Of a stretch of 64,000 nucleotides of DNA, positions 40,129 through 50,194 are shown one piece after another. Position numbers and translations under genes: made by a program. Within the stretch, counting starts at the first letter, position 1; every line of letters begins with the position of its first letter. The notes beneath the pieces were generated by a model. That model had not been told where the DNA came from. It saw only the letters and a program-made list of their open reading frames with translations, and made no database searches. Origin of the DNA: an uncultured delta proteobacterium (GTDB lineage Bacteria; Desulfobacterota; Binatia; Binatales; Binataceae); assembly GCA_963808235.1 (NCBI GenBank), contig CAWEEQ010000004.1:2208001-2272000 (forward strand), read 5' to 3'.

Positions 40129-40659
40129 ATGGACGTCAGCAAGATTCCGCCCGGCCGCAATCCGCCTGAGGAGATCAACGTGCTGGTCGAGATTCCGCAA
40201 GGTGGAGTTCCGGTCAAGTACGAACTCGACAAAGCGTCGGGCGCGCTTTTCGTCAATCGCTTTCTGCATACCGCGATGTACTATCCGGCCAACTACGGAT
40301 TCATCCCCAACACGCTCTCCGAAGACGGCGACCCGTGCGACGTAATGGCGCTGTCGCAGGTGCCGGTCGCGCCCGGAGCGGTGATCCGATGCCGTCCGGT
40401 CGGCGCTCTGCTGATGGAAGACGAGAACGGCATCGACGAAAAGATTCTCGCCGTCCCCGTCGATGAGCTAAACCCATACTTCGACGGAATCGCCAACTAC
40501 ACCGACCTGCCGCCGATCATGCTCGACCAGATCGATCACTTCTTTCGCCACTACAAGGATCTCGAGAAAGGCAAATGGGTGAAAGTCGGCGGATGGGTTG
40601 ATCGCGAGGCCGCCGAAAAACTGATCGTCGCCGCGATCGATCGCCTGCACAAAACCTGA
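40129..40659 (+). CDS. ppa: Inorganic pyrophosphatase (family I)
   Basis: VEIP..VKYE.DK, YPANYGFIP.TL.EDGDP.D, DEKILAVP and FF.HYKDLE.GKW. Confidence 0.97.
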   Translation: MDVSKIPPGRNPPEEINVLVEIPQGGVPVKYELDKASGALFVNRFLHTAMYYPANYGFIPNTLSEDGDPCDVMALSQVPVAPGAVIRCRPVGALLMEDENGIDEKILAVPVDELNPYFDGIANYTDLPPIMLDQIDHFFRHYKDLEKGKWVKVGGWVDREAAEKLIVAAIDRLHKT

Positions 40660-40729
40660 ACCGACCATTGGCCGCAAAATTCAGGGATGAATTGTTCCGC
40701 CTGCCCGCGCCGCGACCAGCCAGCTAATT

Positions 40730-41242
40730 TTACTGGCTCTGGCCCTCGCCTGCCGCGTGAGCGAGCGGCACCAGTTGCGCGATGTCGCACTGGATGAGCG
40801 CCTGGATCTTGTTGTCGATCTGGTAGAAGCGGGTTACTTTGACTTGCGGGATGACGGCGCGGAACTTGGGAACGAAATCGCGCTGCACGTCGAGGCGGGC
40901 CTGCGCGATCGACATCACTTCGTCGAGTTTTTTGCCGGCATCGGCGTCAGTGAGGCTATCGTACTTGGCCGCGTAGGCTTTGAGTTCCTTGACGTGGCGA
41001 TCTTCGATTTTGTCCATTTTGGCTTCGTAGGCGTCATAAACCGGCCAGAACTTCGTCGATTCGTCGGCGGTCAGATTCATGTTGGAGCCGACCGTGGCTT
41101 TGCGCTCCGCGCGGGCGGCGGCCATATCGAGCTGCTTTTGCGAAGGCGCCGGAATCTGTGCCAGGGCGGGCGCGCCGAGGCCGAGTAGGCACGATACGAG
41201 TGACGCTGCGGTGAAAATCGCGAGACGATTGGTGAAAGTCAT
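40730..41242 (-). CDS. Secreted helical hypothetical protein (Spy/CpxP-like motif)
   Basis: Signal peptide, MNLTADESTKFWPVYDAY and RFYQIDNK. Confidence 0.7.
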   Translation of the reverse strand: MTFTNRLAIFTAASLVSCLLGLGAPALAQIPAPSQKQLDMAAARAERKATVGSNMNLTADESTKFWPVYDAYEAKMDKIEDRHVKELKAYAAKYDSLTDADAGKKLDEVMSIAQARLDVQRDFVPKFRAVIPQVKVTRFYQIDNKIQALIQCDIAQLVPLAHAAGEGQSQ

Positions 41243-41330
41243 GTACGGTTCCCCTCCGGTTTCGCGTAAGCGAATCCGGCAGGATGCTGCTCGATTGGAG
41301 GGTGATAGTCAAGGAGCGCGGCGACGGCAA

Positions 41331-42713
41331 TCACAGCAGAGGTTGCACGAGTCGGGCGGCGGTCTCGTGGATTCGTTCGAGTAGGCCACGGCGGTTCCAA
41401 TCGTCTAGTTCGATTTGCTTTGAGCTCTCGAGGTCGTTTCGGAACATCAGGTTCATATCCTCGCCGAAGGAATGGCTCAGGATGATCGCGTTGATTTCGT
41501 TATCGCGCGCGATACTCCACCAATCGAGATTCGAAGTGCCGACCGTTGACCATACGCCGTCGACGGTGGTGGTCTTGGCATGGAGCATCTCGCCTTGCCA
41601 CTCGTAGATTTTCACCCCGGCCTCGAGCAAGTCGCTGTAATGAGAGTGCTGCGCCGCGACTAGCATCGGTTCGTCGCTTTGACTCGGCAGCAGCAGGCGG
41701 ACGTCGACGCCGCGCCGCGCGGCATGCTCGAGCGCATGCAAGACCTGGCGGTCGGGCGCGAAGTAAGCATCGGTGACATAGACGTTGGTCTCGGAGCTGA
41801 CGACCGCAGAGATCCAAGTCACATAGATCAAGCTGAACTGTTCCGGCACGCTGTAGATCACCTTCACGATCTCATGGCCCTTGGGTTCGAGCGCTGGAAA
41901 ATAATTGCGCGGACTCAGCGGCGGACCCTTTTGATACTTCCATTCGGCGATGAAAGGTTTTTGGAACTCCGCCACCGCCGGACCTTCGACCTCGATGTCG
42001 GTGTCGCGCCAATATTCCGTCGGACCTTTATTCTCGCTGCTGCTGCTGAGTCCGCTTCCGTAGACCTCGTCTATGTTGATGCCGCCGGTAAACGCGACGC
42101 GGCCATCAATGACCAGCTCTTTACGATGGTTGCGATGGGCGAAGGTCCAAGGAAACTTCGCGGCGAACGGGTTCACCGGCCTGTATTCGAGCACTGCGAC
42201 GCCGCTATCCCGCATTCGATCGAAAAAACTTTTCGACGTGCCGAGTGAACCGAGGCTGTCGTACTCGAGATTCACCTGGACTCCGTGACGCTGCCGCTCG
42301 ATCAGCGCGTCCGCAAACATCTGACCCACGGGGCCGTCGGTAAAGGTGAAGGTTTGCATATTGATGCTGTCGGTGGCGCCGCGAATCGCCGCCAGCATCG
42401 CTCGATAAGTCGCGGCGCCGTTTTCCAGCAGCGTGACTTTGTTGCCGACCACGAAGGGCACATCGCTCATCGCCTGCTCGAAGGCGAGATGGCGATCGAG
42501 AATGTCGCTCGGAGTCCGCTGATGCTCCTTCAGACGGGCGACGACTCGCTCCTCCTGTTCATCGGTCAATTCACCATCAGGCCCGACAATGTCCGGGGGG
42601 TAGGCATGGAATTCCTTCTCATGCAGGAGCGCGTGCATGTCCGGGATAGTGCCGCATCCGCTCGACGCGGAGAGTAAAACGAGGAGCAGGAGGATTGCGC
42701 GCGCGATGGTCAT
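41331..42713 (-). CDS. cls: Cardiolipin synthase / phospholipase D family lipoprotein
   Basis: Two HKD motifs (RNHRKELVID and LHAKTTTVD), WRDTD, AYFAP and an SSGC lipobox. Confidence 0.88.
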   Translation of the reverse strand: MTIARAILLLLVLLSASSGCGTIPDMHALLHEKEFHAYPPDIVGPDGELTDEQEERVVARLKEHQRTPSDILDRHLAFEQAMSDVPFVVGNKVTLLENGAATYRAMLAAIRGATDSINMQTFTFTDGPVGQMFADALIERQRHGVQVNLEYDSLGSLGTSKSFFDRMRDSGVAVLEYRPVNPFAAKFPWTFAHRNHRKELVIDGRVAFTGGINIDEVYGSGLSSSSENKGPTEYWRDTDIEVEGPAVAEFQKPFIAEWKYQKGPPLSPRNYFPALEPKGHEIVKVIYSVPEQFSLIYVTWISAVVSSETNVYVTDAYFAPDRQVLHALEHAARRGVDVRLLLPSQSDEPMLVAAQHSHYSDLLEAGVKIYEWQGEMLHAKTTTVDGVWSTVGTSNLDWWSIARDNEINAIILSHSFGEDMNLMFRNDLESSKQIELDDWNRRGLLERIHETAARLVQPLL

Positions 42714-42874
42714 CGGGCCTGGGATTCGGCGGTGATAGCGAGAGCGATTCTCACCATCATCACTATAACAGGGTCAGCCAGCCTGACACCCGGAGGGCAC
42801 CGGCGCACGAAACCTCTGATCAAATAGCCCCGCTTGTTTCGTGAATGTAAGGTATCGAAAAAGATCTCAAGCGA

Positions 42875-44422
42875 TCATAGTCGCGCCGGGAGGAGGTCGC
42901 GGGCGTCGAGATAGGATGCGAGCGCAGTGGCGTTGGCATCGGGATCTACCAGGCCGATATAGCCGTCGGGGCGGATCAAGTAGACCGCGTTGCGAGTGAG
43001 GCCGGCGCGGGTCATCTCGGAACGCCAGGGGAAGACGTGGATCGGCAATTTTCGCGCGTCGCAGGCGGCGCGGACCTCGGGTGCGGCGTCGCCGTAGACG
43101 TGTACCTGCCAGTCGAGCGAGCTCAGCGGCGCGAAGTTGCCGGCGCTCGTGTCGAGCATCACCCAAGGCAGGCGGTCGCCGCCGTGAACGGTGCCGGCGC
43201 GGCCTTCGCTCAAGCTGCTTCCACGGTAGTTCACCGAGGTCTGTGAGATCGTGCGAAACATCAGGCGGCGCATCGTGGTGAACTTCAACAAGGGCGGGAG
43301 CAGGAGCGGAATGAGACGCATACGGACTAGCTTTGCGATCGCAGTGGGACTGGTCGCGCCGGTGAAAAGGCGATCGGTAGTCGCGACCAGGCGGCGGGCG
43401 AACGCGATTCGTTCGGGCTCGTAGCTCGCGAGGATCGACGCGCTCGCGCGGCCGTGCAAAACCGCGGCGAGCTTCCAGGCAAGATTGATGGCGTCGCCGA
43501 TGCCGGTGTTCATCCCTTGTCCGCCGACTGGGCTGTGGATGTGCGCGGCGTCGCCGACTAAGAACGCGCGGCCGATTCGGAACTGATTGGCGACTCGATG
43601 GTGCACGCGATAGGTCGAGAACCAGTTCACGCGCGCGACGTTGATTTGCATCCAGGCGATCGCGCGCTGGCTTACATCGTTCCACGAGAGGTCGGCACTC
43701 TGGCGTTCGGCATCCTCGCGCACTGTGCCGACGAAGCGCGCGTGCCCGTCGCGTTTCAGCGGGAACAGAGCGAGGAAATCGGTCGGATCGAATCCGACGT
43801 GAATCTCGCCGTTCATGGTGGGGCCGCTGCCTTCGATGTCGGCGACGTAGAAGAGATGATGATAGGCGCCGCCTGGGAAGCCGATCTTGAGCGACTCACG
43901 CACGATCGAATGCGCGCCGTCGCATCCCGCAACGTAGGCAGCCGCGCACGTCTCAGTTGATCCGTCGGAGCGCTTCAAATGCAGGAGAATGTCATCCGAC
44001 GATTCCTGGAAGTCGAGAAGCTCGGTCTGGCGCTCGACCTCGACGCCGGTCGCGGTTAGGCGATCGATAAGCAGGCGCTCGTGCTCGTCCTGTGGAAAGA
44101 TCAGCGCGTAGGGAAACGGGCTCAAGTCAGTACCGAAAGCGCCAAAGGCTCCGTGCGCTTTCTTCTGGCCGGACACCCAGAGATTTACCGCTTCGACTTT
44201 TCGCCCGTTGTCGACAACTGCGTCGGCGAGGCCGGTCTGGAGATATAGCTCGAGGGTGCGCGCCTGCACCGCGAGCGCGCGCGACGTCGTGCCCGGCTCG
44301 GCGGTTTTGTCGACGATCCGCACCCGGACGCCCATCCGCACAAGCCATAGGGCAAGCACCAGGCCGGTCGGTCCCGCGCCGACGATTAGTACGTCAGTAC
44401 CGCGATTCGACGATGTACTCAT
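42875..44422 (-). CDS. FAD-dependent monooxygenase (PheA/TfdB-like)
   Basis: VGAGPTGL, GCDGAHS.VR, GDAAHIHSPVGGQGMNTG and LIRPDGY. Confidence 0.93.
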   Translation of the reverse strand: MSTSSNRGTDVLIVGAGPTGLVLALWLVRMGVRVRIVDKTAEPGTTSRALAVQARTLELYLQTGLADAVVDNGRKVEAVNLWVSGQKKAHGAFGAFGTDLSPFPYALIFPQDEHERLLIDRLTATGVEVERQTELLDFQESSDDILLHLKRSDGSTETCAAAYVAGCDGAHSIVRESLKIGFPGGAYHHLFYVADIEGSGPTMNGEIHVGFDPTDFLALFPLKRDGHARFVGTVREDAERQSADLSWNDVSQRAIAWMQINVARVNWFSTYRVHHRVANQFRIGRAFLVGDAAHIHSPVGGQGMNTGIGDAINLAWKLAAVLHGRASASILASYEPERIAFARRLVATTDRLFTGATSPTAIAKLVRMRLIPLLLPPLLKFTTMRRLMFRTISQTSVNYRGSSLSEGRAGTVHGGDRLPWVMLDTSAGNFAPLSSLDWQVHVYGDAAPEVRAACDARKLPIHVFPWRSEMTRAGLTRNAVYLIRPDGYIGLVDPDANATALASYLDARDLLPARL

Positions 44423-44685
44423 TGTCTAAAACAGTTTTCGAATCCGCGACCGATGCTGAAATAGACTAAAGCTACATAAGGTAAAACTACGCATCACCCG
44501 AAACTACACATCATTGTGAGTTAGTATATCAAAAGGCGCCGATGGCGAAGGTTTCGCTGTCCTGAATGTGTTGCAATTTGCCGAGCATATGTGCGAATTT
44601 GCAGGTTCAAACTGGGTAGGCAACTTGGGGTTCTTTCCCGGCGCAGAGTAAACGGTCGGAAAGCCTCAGCAGAACCGGAGGACTT

Positions 44686-45234
44686 ATGAATTCAAGAATA
44701 CGTGGAATGGTAATCACACTAGCGTTGGCGGTGGCTCTGGCGGCGGTTGCGCCGTCGGCACGCGCCCAGAATGGAGCGCCTGCGCCTGCGCCGGCAGCGA
44801 GCGCCGGCGGCGCTGCGGTTCGCGCCGGATACCTTACCTGTCACGTTTCGGCCGGATGGGGTTTCATTTTCGGATCGTCACGCAAGCTGAATTGCGCATA
44901 CGCTCTGCAGCCGGGTTACACTGAGTATTACACGGGGTCGATCACCAAGTTCGGCGCCGACATTGGCTATCTGTCGTCGGGCGTAATCCTGTGGGCGGTG
45001 CTCGCTCCGACCACGAACCTCGGCCAGGGTGCTCTTTCGGGCCACTACGGCGGGGCAACCGCAAGCGCCGCAGTGGGAGTTGGCGCTGGTGCGAACGTTC
45101 TGGTTGGTGGATTCAACAGTTCGATCGCGCTGCAGCCGGTTTCGATCGAAGGGCAGAACGGACTGAACGTAGCGGCAGGCGTTGCCGAGATGACTTTGAA
45201 ATTCAACTCGAACAAGCCGGCCAAGAGCAGCTAG
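44686..45234 (+). CDS. DUF992 family secreted protein
   Basis: G.LTC..S.GWGFIFGSS, Y.G.I.KFG.DIG, GANVLVGG and LQPVSIEGQ.GLNVAAG. Confidence 0.9.
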   Translation: MNSRIRGMVITLALAVALAAVAPSARAQNGAPAPAPAASAGGAAVRAGYLTCHVSAGWGFIFGSSRKLNCAYALQPGYTEYYTGSITKFGADIGYLSSGVILWAVLAPTTNLGQGALSGHYGGATASAAVGVGAGANVLVGGFNSSIALQPVSIEGQNGLNVAAGVAEMTLKFNSNKPAKSS

Positions 45235-45287
45235 GAGCAAACACTAGGGTTCCCCTTCGGGAACCGACTTATCCTGTGTGTAGTCAG

Positions 45288-45323
45288 ACGGGAGCGGCAT
45301 GACAGCCGCTCCCGTTTCTTTTT
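45288..45323 (+). terminator. Rho-independent terminator between convergent genes
   Basis: ACGGGAGCGGC-N6-GCCGCTCCCGT followed by TTCTTTTT. Confidence 0.8.
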
Positions 45324-45344
45324 GTGCGAGCGGCGCCGCCGGGG

Positions 45345-46679
45345 TCAGTCGGCCGCGACCGGGGAGAGTTCTTCGAGCCGCATGCCGCGCGTCTCCGGCG
45401 CGTATCGCCAGACCAGCAGCGCGCCGAGGACCGGACCTATCGATACAACGGCAACTGCGTTGCCGAGACCGCCGAGCGACTTCGACATCGCACCGATGAT
45501 GAATGGCGTCAGCAGCGAGGCAATCTGCCCGAACAGCTGCACGGTCAGGCTGTATGAAGTTGCGCGGATTTCGGTCGGGAACAGCTCGGCGGAATAGGTC
45601 GCAGTCGCGCTTCGCGCGGCCTGAAACGCCGAGACTGTTACCACCATCGCGGCCAGCATCGCGCCATGACTCGAGCTCTGGAACAGAACAAGGATCGCGA
45701 CCGCGCCGACGACATAGCAAAGTGCGGTCGTCAGTTTTCGTCCGACCCGATCGAGCATCCATCCTGCAAAAACAATTCCGAAACTTCCGAGCACGTAGGC
45801 GAGCACGACCGCATGACCGATTTGCGCCGAGGTCCAATGATGGTCGCGCTTGGCGTAGAGGCTGAAAAAGGTCACCGCCGGCGAACCGACCAGTCCCACG
45901 CAATTCCATAGCAGCGCCACCAGCAGCAGCCGTCCGCGATATGGGCCGCGAAACGGCTCGAAGGCGTTGCGCAAGGCCGCGACCGCGCCCATAGTGCTCT
46001 CGCGCCCGCTCGTACCCAGGCGCCGGAACGCTTCGAACCGCAGTGTCTCGCGAATACCGCGGCGCAAGAAGGCGACCAGTAGCAGGGGCAGAATCCCGAT
46101 GAAGTACATCCCGCGCCAGCCGAATCGCGAATCCGCGACGTATCCGTAAAGAAATCCTCCGGCGACCACGCCAAGCAGACCGACCGCATGCAGCATCGCG
46201 ACGCCGCGTCCGCGTGAATTGTCGGGGAACTCTTCGCTGATCATGATTATCGCGACCGCAAATTCCGCCGACAGGAAAATCTGCGCGCAGCTTTGAAAAA
46301 TAGTGAAGCTCCAGAGGCCGCGGGAGAGCGCGGTGAATAATGTGAACAGCGTGTAGAAAAGAACCGTCGCGGAAATCACCGGCTTGCGTCCGACTCGATC
46401 GGAAAGCATCACGACAAAAAACGCGAGCATCCCGCCAAAGCGCACCACCGAGGCCATCAGGCCAACGGAGCGATCGTCAAGATGGAAGCTGCGCGCGATG
46501 TCGGGGGTGCAGAGATGGAAGATCGTGACGTCGTAACCCTCGAAGACCGTCGCCGACATCAGCAGCGCGAAGAGCACCCACAGGTATCGCCCGTCGCGGA
46601 CCATTGCGAGTGGCGATGCGGCGCTGCCGATATTCGCGGCTATAGCAGAGGCGCCTTCTGGTTCGGTTGGCGTTGGCAT
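45345..46679 (-). CDS. MFS transporter (aromatic acid/sugar-like)
   Basis: FEGYD, SDRVGRK, SEEFP..RG, DRVGRK, AELFPTEIRAT and PETRG. Confidence 0.92.
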   Translation of the reverse strand: MPTPTEPEGASAIAANIGSAASPLAMVRDGRYLWVLFALLMSATVFEGYDVTIFHLCTPDIARSFHLDDRSVGLMASVVRFGGMLAFFVVMLSDRVGRKPVISATVLFYTLFTLFTALSRGLWSFTIFQSCAQIFLSAEFAVAIIMISEEFPDNSRGRGVAMLHAVGLLGVVAGGFLYGYVADSRFGWRGMYFIGILPLLLVAFLRRGIRETLRFEAFRRLGTSGRESTMGAVAALRNAFEPFRGPYRGRLLLVALLWNCVGLVGSPAVTFFSLYAKRDHHWTSAQIGHAVVLAYVLGSFGIVFAGWMLDRVGRKLTTALCYVVGAVAILVLFQSSSHGAMLAAMVVTVSAFQAARSATATYSAELFPTEIRATSYSLTVQLFGQIASLLTPFIIGAMSKSLGGLGNAVAVVSIGPVLGALLVWRYAPETRGMRLEELSPVAAD

Positions 46680-46716
46680 CCGCGGTGCTCCCCGTGATAT
46701 CGGCGCGATCTTCAAT

Positions 46717-46772
46717 TGCCGGGGGCGAGACTCGAACCCGCACGGAACTTTCGCTCCAGAGGATTTTAAGTC
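46717..46772 (-). repeat. 3' half of tRNA-Leu(TAA); att site, left boundary of island 1
   Basis: Minus strand GACTTAAAATCCTCTGGAGCGAAAGTTCCGTGCGGGTTCGAGTCTCGCCCCCGGCA contains the anticodon loop, long variable arm, T arm and 3' acceptor strand. The 5' half is absent. Confidence 0.88.
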
Positions 46773-47031
46773 GTTTAATTATAACGAAAAACTTTCTTTT
46801 GTTTATTGATTTTATTTCAAACAGATGTAAGAAAGTTTCAGTGTAAGTATTGAAGAAATCTGAACAATATCAGGCATCTTCAGCTCTGGCGTTCTAAAGG
46901 GCCAGGCACTCCACCGCACTTCGGCGTGAACTGACGCGCCGCTCGCAGAGTTCGAGAAGGTGGCTGGGCGGCGCTATCCCGTATTCCGCATCGTCCCGCA
47001 ATGACGCCGGCAACCGCGGTTAAAGTGTCGT

Positions 47032-47457
47032 CTATCGCATCACCGTTCGACGATCCTGGATCGTGTTGAGGTACGCGATTATTTTGCCGATCACTTCGCC
47101 GATCCCGTACTCTCCCCGTTCACCCTGACCTAGCTCGTAAAGCTTCTCTCCCCAAACCGGCATCTCGTGACTCCCATGCGCCCGCGCCGTATCGCGACCG
47201 TCGATCAGCTCGGCGATTCGATGCGCCGGCAGCGGCATCCCGTATTTGTCGCCGAGCTTGCGCAGATTTGCCGGCGGCGTGGCCAGGCTCTTCGCCACCG
47301 GACCGTCGCCGAGAGCGTCCGTGCCATGGCATGACGCGCAATAGCGGACGAAATAGCGATGCCCGTCGGCCACATCATCGCCGGCGGACAGCGCAGGCTG
47401 CGCGACGCTCAGCGCGGCGCCCAGAGCAAAGATCAATCCGAACACTTTCAGTTTCAT
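47032..47457 (-). CDS. Periplasmic monoheme cytochrome c (class I)
   Basis: Signal peptide, CASCHG, PANL and distal Met in HGSHEMPVWG. Confidence 0.92.
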   Translation of the reverse strand: MKLKVFGLIFALGAALSVAQPALSAGDDVADGHRYFVRYCASCHGTDALGDGPVAKSLATPPANLRKLGDKYGMPLPAHRIAELIDGRDTARAHGSHEMPVWGEKLYELGQGERGEYGIGEVIGKIIAYLNTIQDRRTVMR

Positions 47458-47481
47458 GGCTTCACCATGGCTTTGAAATTC

Positions 47482-48426
47482 TCAATGCGCAACCGGCGTT
47501 GCGCTCGCGGTCGGTGTAGTTATCGCAGTCGGCGACGGTTGCATCGCCGCAGCTGCCACTTCAGGATCCGGGATGTATTCGGGCGGATACGCAAGCCGCC
47601 GCCAGCTCATCAACAGAAGCGTCAGCGCTCGCGATTGCTCCGGCTCGAAGTTGTAATCGGGCATCTGCGTGGAGGGCGAAACCGCACTCGCCTTCGTCAG
47701 ATGCTGCACGTTCCAGTTGAACATCGTGTGCCCGCCGCTCACGTGCGCGAAATTCAGCAGTTCGGGATTCCGGTCGCCTTCGTAAGTCAGCTCGGGTCCG
47801 GTAGCGCCGCCGCGCCCTTCGACCACATGGCATAGCAGACACTTTTTCTTCTTGAACAACACCTTGGCGAGATTGATCTCGTCCATCCCCGGTGTGGCCG
47901 CATCATGGCGATGACAAAAATTGCATCGCATCTGGATCATCTCGCCCATCGTGAGCCCGTTTCGTCTTGCCAGCGCGCGCGAGAGCATCGGATCGTCCCA
48001 TCCCTGCCCACCTTGATGAGCGCCCCCGACTGTCGTCGCCGCTCCGTCGCCGCCGTGACACGGCGTGCATCCGAACTTCGCGAACTCATGCTTCGCGATC
48101 CAGTCGTTCATCGGATGTGGCTTCAGCGGCTCGACGATCGTGGCGGGAAGCACCGAAGACCATTCGTAGCCGAGATGGCACGTGATGCACCGATCGGTCA
48201 CCCCAATTTTAGGAATCCAGATTTGCTGAATCCCCGGCCGGAAGTCTCGCGCCGCCTCGCCCTTGCCGTAGTGCCCGAGCAGTTGCGGAAACTTCTGCTG
48301 ATAGATTCCGAATTCGGTGCTGTACTCGAGCCAGAAGCAGACCGCGACCAGCGCCAGGAACAGGATGGACATCGCGACCATCCAGCCGAAGTCCTTCGCT
48401 TCGAACGAGTCGCTATTCTCCGCCAT
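47482..48426 (-). CDS. Membrane-anchored tetraheme cytochrome c
   Basis: N-terminal TM helix, CITCH, CTPCH, CNFCH, CLLCH, GPEL and QMP. ATG 48426 lies just after the cytochrome b stop. Confidence 0.9.
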   Translation of the reverse strand: MAENSDSFEAKDFGWMVAMSILFLALVAVCFWLEYSTEFGIYQQKFPQLLGHYGKGEAARDFRPGIQQIWIPKIGVTDRCITCHLGYEWSSVLPATIVEPLKPHPMNDWIAKHEFAKFGCTPCHGGDGAATTVGGAHQGGQGWDDPMLSRALARRNGLTMGEMIQMRCNFCHRHDAATPGMDEINLAKVLFKKKKCLLCHVVEGRGGATGPELTYEGDRNPELLNFAHVSGGHTMFNWNVQHLTKASAVSPSTQMPDYNFEPEQSRALTLLLMSWRRLAYPPEYIPDPEVAAAAMQPSPTAITTPTASATPVAH

Positions 48427-48427
48427 T

Positions 48428-49729
48428 TCAGTAAAGCCGCGGAGTCTCGGGGCGCGGCTGGCCGGGCCAATAGATCCTCCAATAGGGACCGCGCAAGTAA
48501 ACGCCAAGTATGATCAGCATGATGATCGCGAGCGTCGCGACGGCGAAGGTTGCGTTCTGCCGCTTGCGCTCGGGCGCGAGCCATCGCCCTTCGGCCCTCG
48601 GCGGCGAGCGATCGAGCCACGGCCACAGCGTCAGCACGCCGAGCAGGAATCCGGGCAGCAGTATTCCGCCCAGCAACGCGCCGCTGATCGTATAGCCGCC
48701 GAAGCGAACCGTGGTTGAAGCGACCAGCTCCTGTAGCCAGACGAAATACCACGGCGCCTTCGCCGGATTCGGAGTGACGGAAGGATTGGCGAGACCCTCG
48801 AGCGGCGCGTTGAAGAGGATCGCGGCCAGCAGCGTGATGTTGAACACGACCAGGAATACCAGCACGATTCGCCGCAACATGTTCGGCGACGAGAAAACCT
48901 GGTCGGACTCTTCGAGTCCGGTCGAGCTCATCACCTGTACCGAGGTGCCCGGCGTAATTCCAAACAGTGAGTAACTCTTGGTCTTCGGAGTCGCCTTCGG
49001 GATCATTACCCGGTCATTGCGGACCCGCTCGATCGCTGCAAGGCCGCCGTCCTTGCGTACGCGCCACATATGATAGGCGAACAGCACCCACACGAAGACC
49101 GGCAGGAAAAAAACGTGCAGCACGTAAAATCGCAGCAAGGTCTGCTGTCCGATTTCATGGCCGCCAAGCAGAATGAACTGAATCGTCGGTCCCACGACCG
49201 GCGCCTGCTTCGCGATGCTGGTGCCGACCGTGATTGCCCAGAACGCGAGCTGATCCCACGGCAGCAGATAGCCGGTGAACGACAGGAACAACGTCGCGAG
49301 AAAGAGCACGACTCCGACGACCCAGTTGATCGCGCGAGTGCCGCGGTAAGCGCCGGTGAAGAACACTCGCGCCATGTGGATATAGACGACCGCGACCATA
49401 CCCTCCGCGGCCCATCGATGCTGGTTTCTGAGCAGGCGGCCGAAGCTGACGGCGTATTGCAGGTCCTTGATGCTCCCGTACGCACGCTCGGTCGACGGCA
49501 CGTAGAAGAACATCAGCATCACGCCCGTGACGGTCAGGATGAGCAGCAGCGATGCCGACGCGGTGCCGAGCCAGAACGAGTAGTTCCAATCCATGCTCGC
49601 GCGCGCGACTTTGGCCGGGAACCAGTGGAGCCAGAAGTTCTTGACGATAGCTTCGGACGATTCGCGCTCGCTCTCAGGCGACCATGCCCACGAAGTTTTG
49701 CGCCACAGCGCTTTGATCTTGTCGCCCAC
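48428..49729 (-). CDS. Cytochrome b of a Rieske/cytb complex (b6 and subunit IV fused)
   Basis: Heme ligands QHRW..IHMAR and LHVFF..YHMW, FTGYLLPWDQ, and a variant Qo motif PAKAPWYF. Confidence 0.93.
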   Translation of the reverse strand: MGDKIKALWRKTSWAWSPESERESSEAIVKNFWLHWFPAKVARASMDWNYSFWLGTASASLLLILTVTGVMLMFFYVPSTERAYGSIKDLQYAVSFGRLLRNQHRWAAEGMVAVVYIHMARVFFTGAYRGTRAINWVVGVVLFLATLFLSFTGYLLPWDQLAFWAITVGTSIAKQAPVVGPTIQFILLGGHEIGQQTLLRFYVLHVFFLPVFVWVLFAYHMWRVRKDGGLAAIERVRNDRVMIPKATPKTKSYSLFGITPGTSVQVMSSTGLEESDQVFSSPNMLRRIVLVFLVVFNITLLAAILFNAPLEGLANPSVTPNPAKAPWYFVWLQELVASTTVRFGGYTISGALLGGILLPGFLLGVLTLWPWLDRSPPRAEGRWLAPERKRQNATFAVATLAIIMLIILGVYLRGPYWRIYWPGQPRPETPRLY

Positions 49730-49732
49730 CGC

Positions 49733-50194
49733 TCAAGCCTTGCCTTTTGCGCCGACAATCAGACGGAAGTCGCGCGCGACGTCCTTTGCGCTATCGACTT
49801 CGAGGAAGCCGTCGGGCGAAACTGACGTGGCAAACCAATCGAGCGGACTGGGCGCAGGTCCCGAGATAACGGTGCCGTCGGGACTAAAGCGGCTGCCGTG
49901 GCATGGGCAGTCGAACTCGGTGTCGCGCCACTGCACGTTGCATCCGAGATGCGTGCAGATGGCGGAGATCACGTGGAACGCGTCCTTCTGACGAATCACG
50001 AACAGGCGATGCGCCTGGTCGAGCGTGTAGCCGTCGGGATAGTCGTCGGGGCGCTTGAGCTTGAAGCGGCTCGGCGGTTCGTAGAGCACGTTCGGGAAGA
50101 ATGCCCTGCCTGCTGCGCCGATCTGTGCGACGAAGGCGGCCAACACGGAGCCCTTGCCGATGAAGCGCAGAATCTTTCGCCGATCGCCGTCCAT
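49733..50194 (-). CDS. Rieske iron-sulfur subunit
   Basis: Tat-like DRRKILR plus TM helix, CTHLGC, CPCHGS and GPAP.PL. ATG overlaps the upstream TGA. Confidence 0.93.
   Translation of the reverse strand: MDGDRRKILRFIGKGSVLAAFVAQIGAAGRAFFPNVLYEPPSRFKLKRPDDYPDGYTLDQAHRLFVIRQKDAFHVISAICTHLGCNVQWRDTEFDCPCHGSRFSPDGTVISGPAPSPLDWFATSVSPDGFLEVDSAKDVARDFRLIVGAKGKA

Noticed and set aside
46717-46772. Intact or intron-split tRNA-Leu(TAA) gene (also at 55935-55990)
   Set aside because: No D arm or 5' acceptor strand is adjacent. The anticodon loop is complete, so this is not the group I intron split seen in cyanobacterial tRNA-Leu(UAA). Treated as att repeats.
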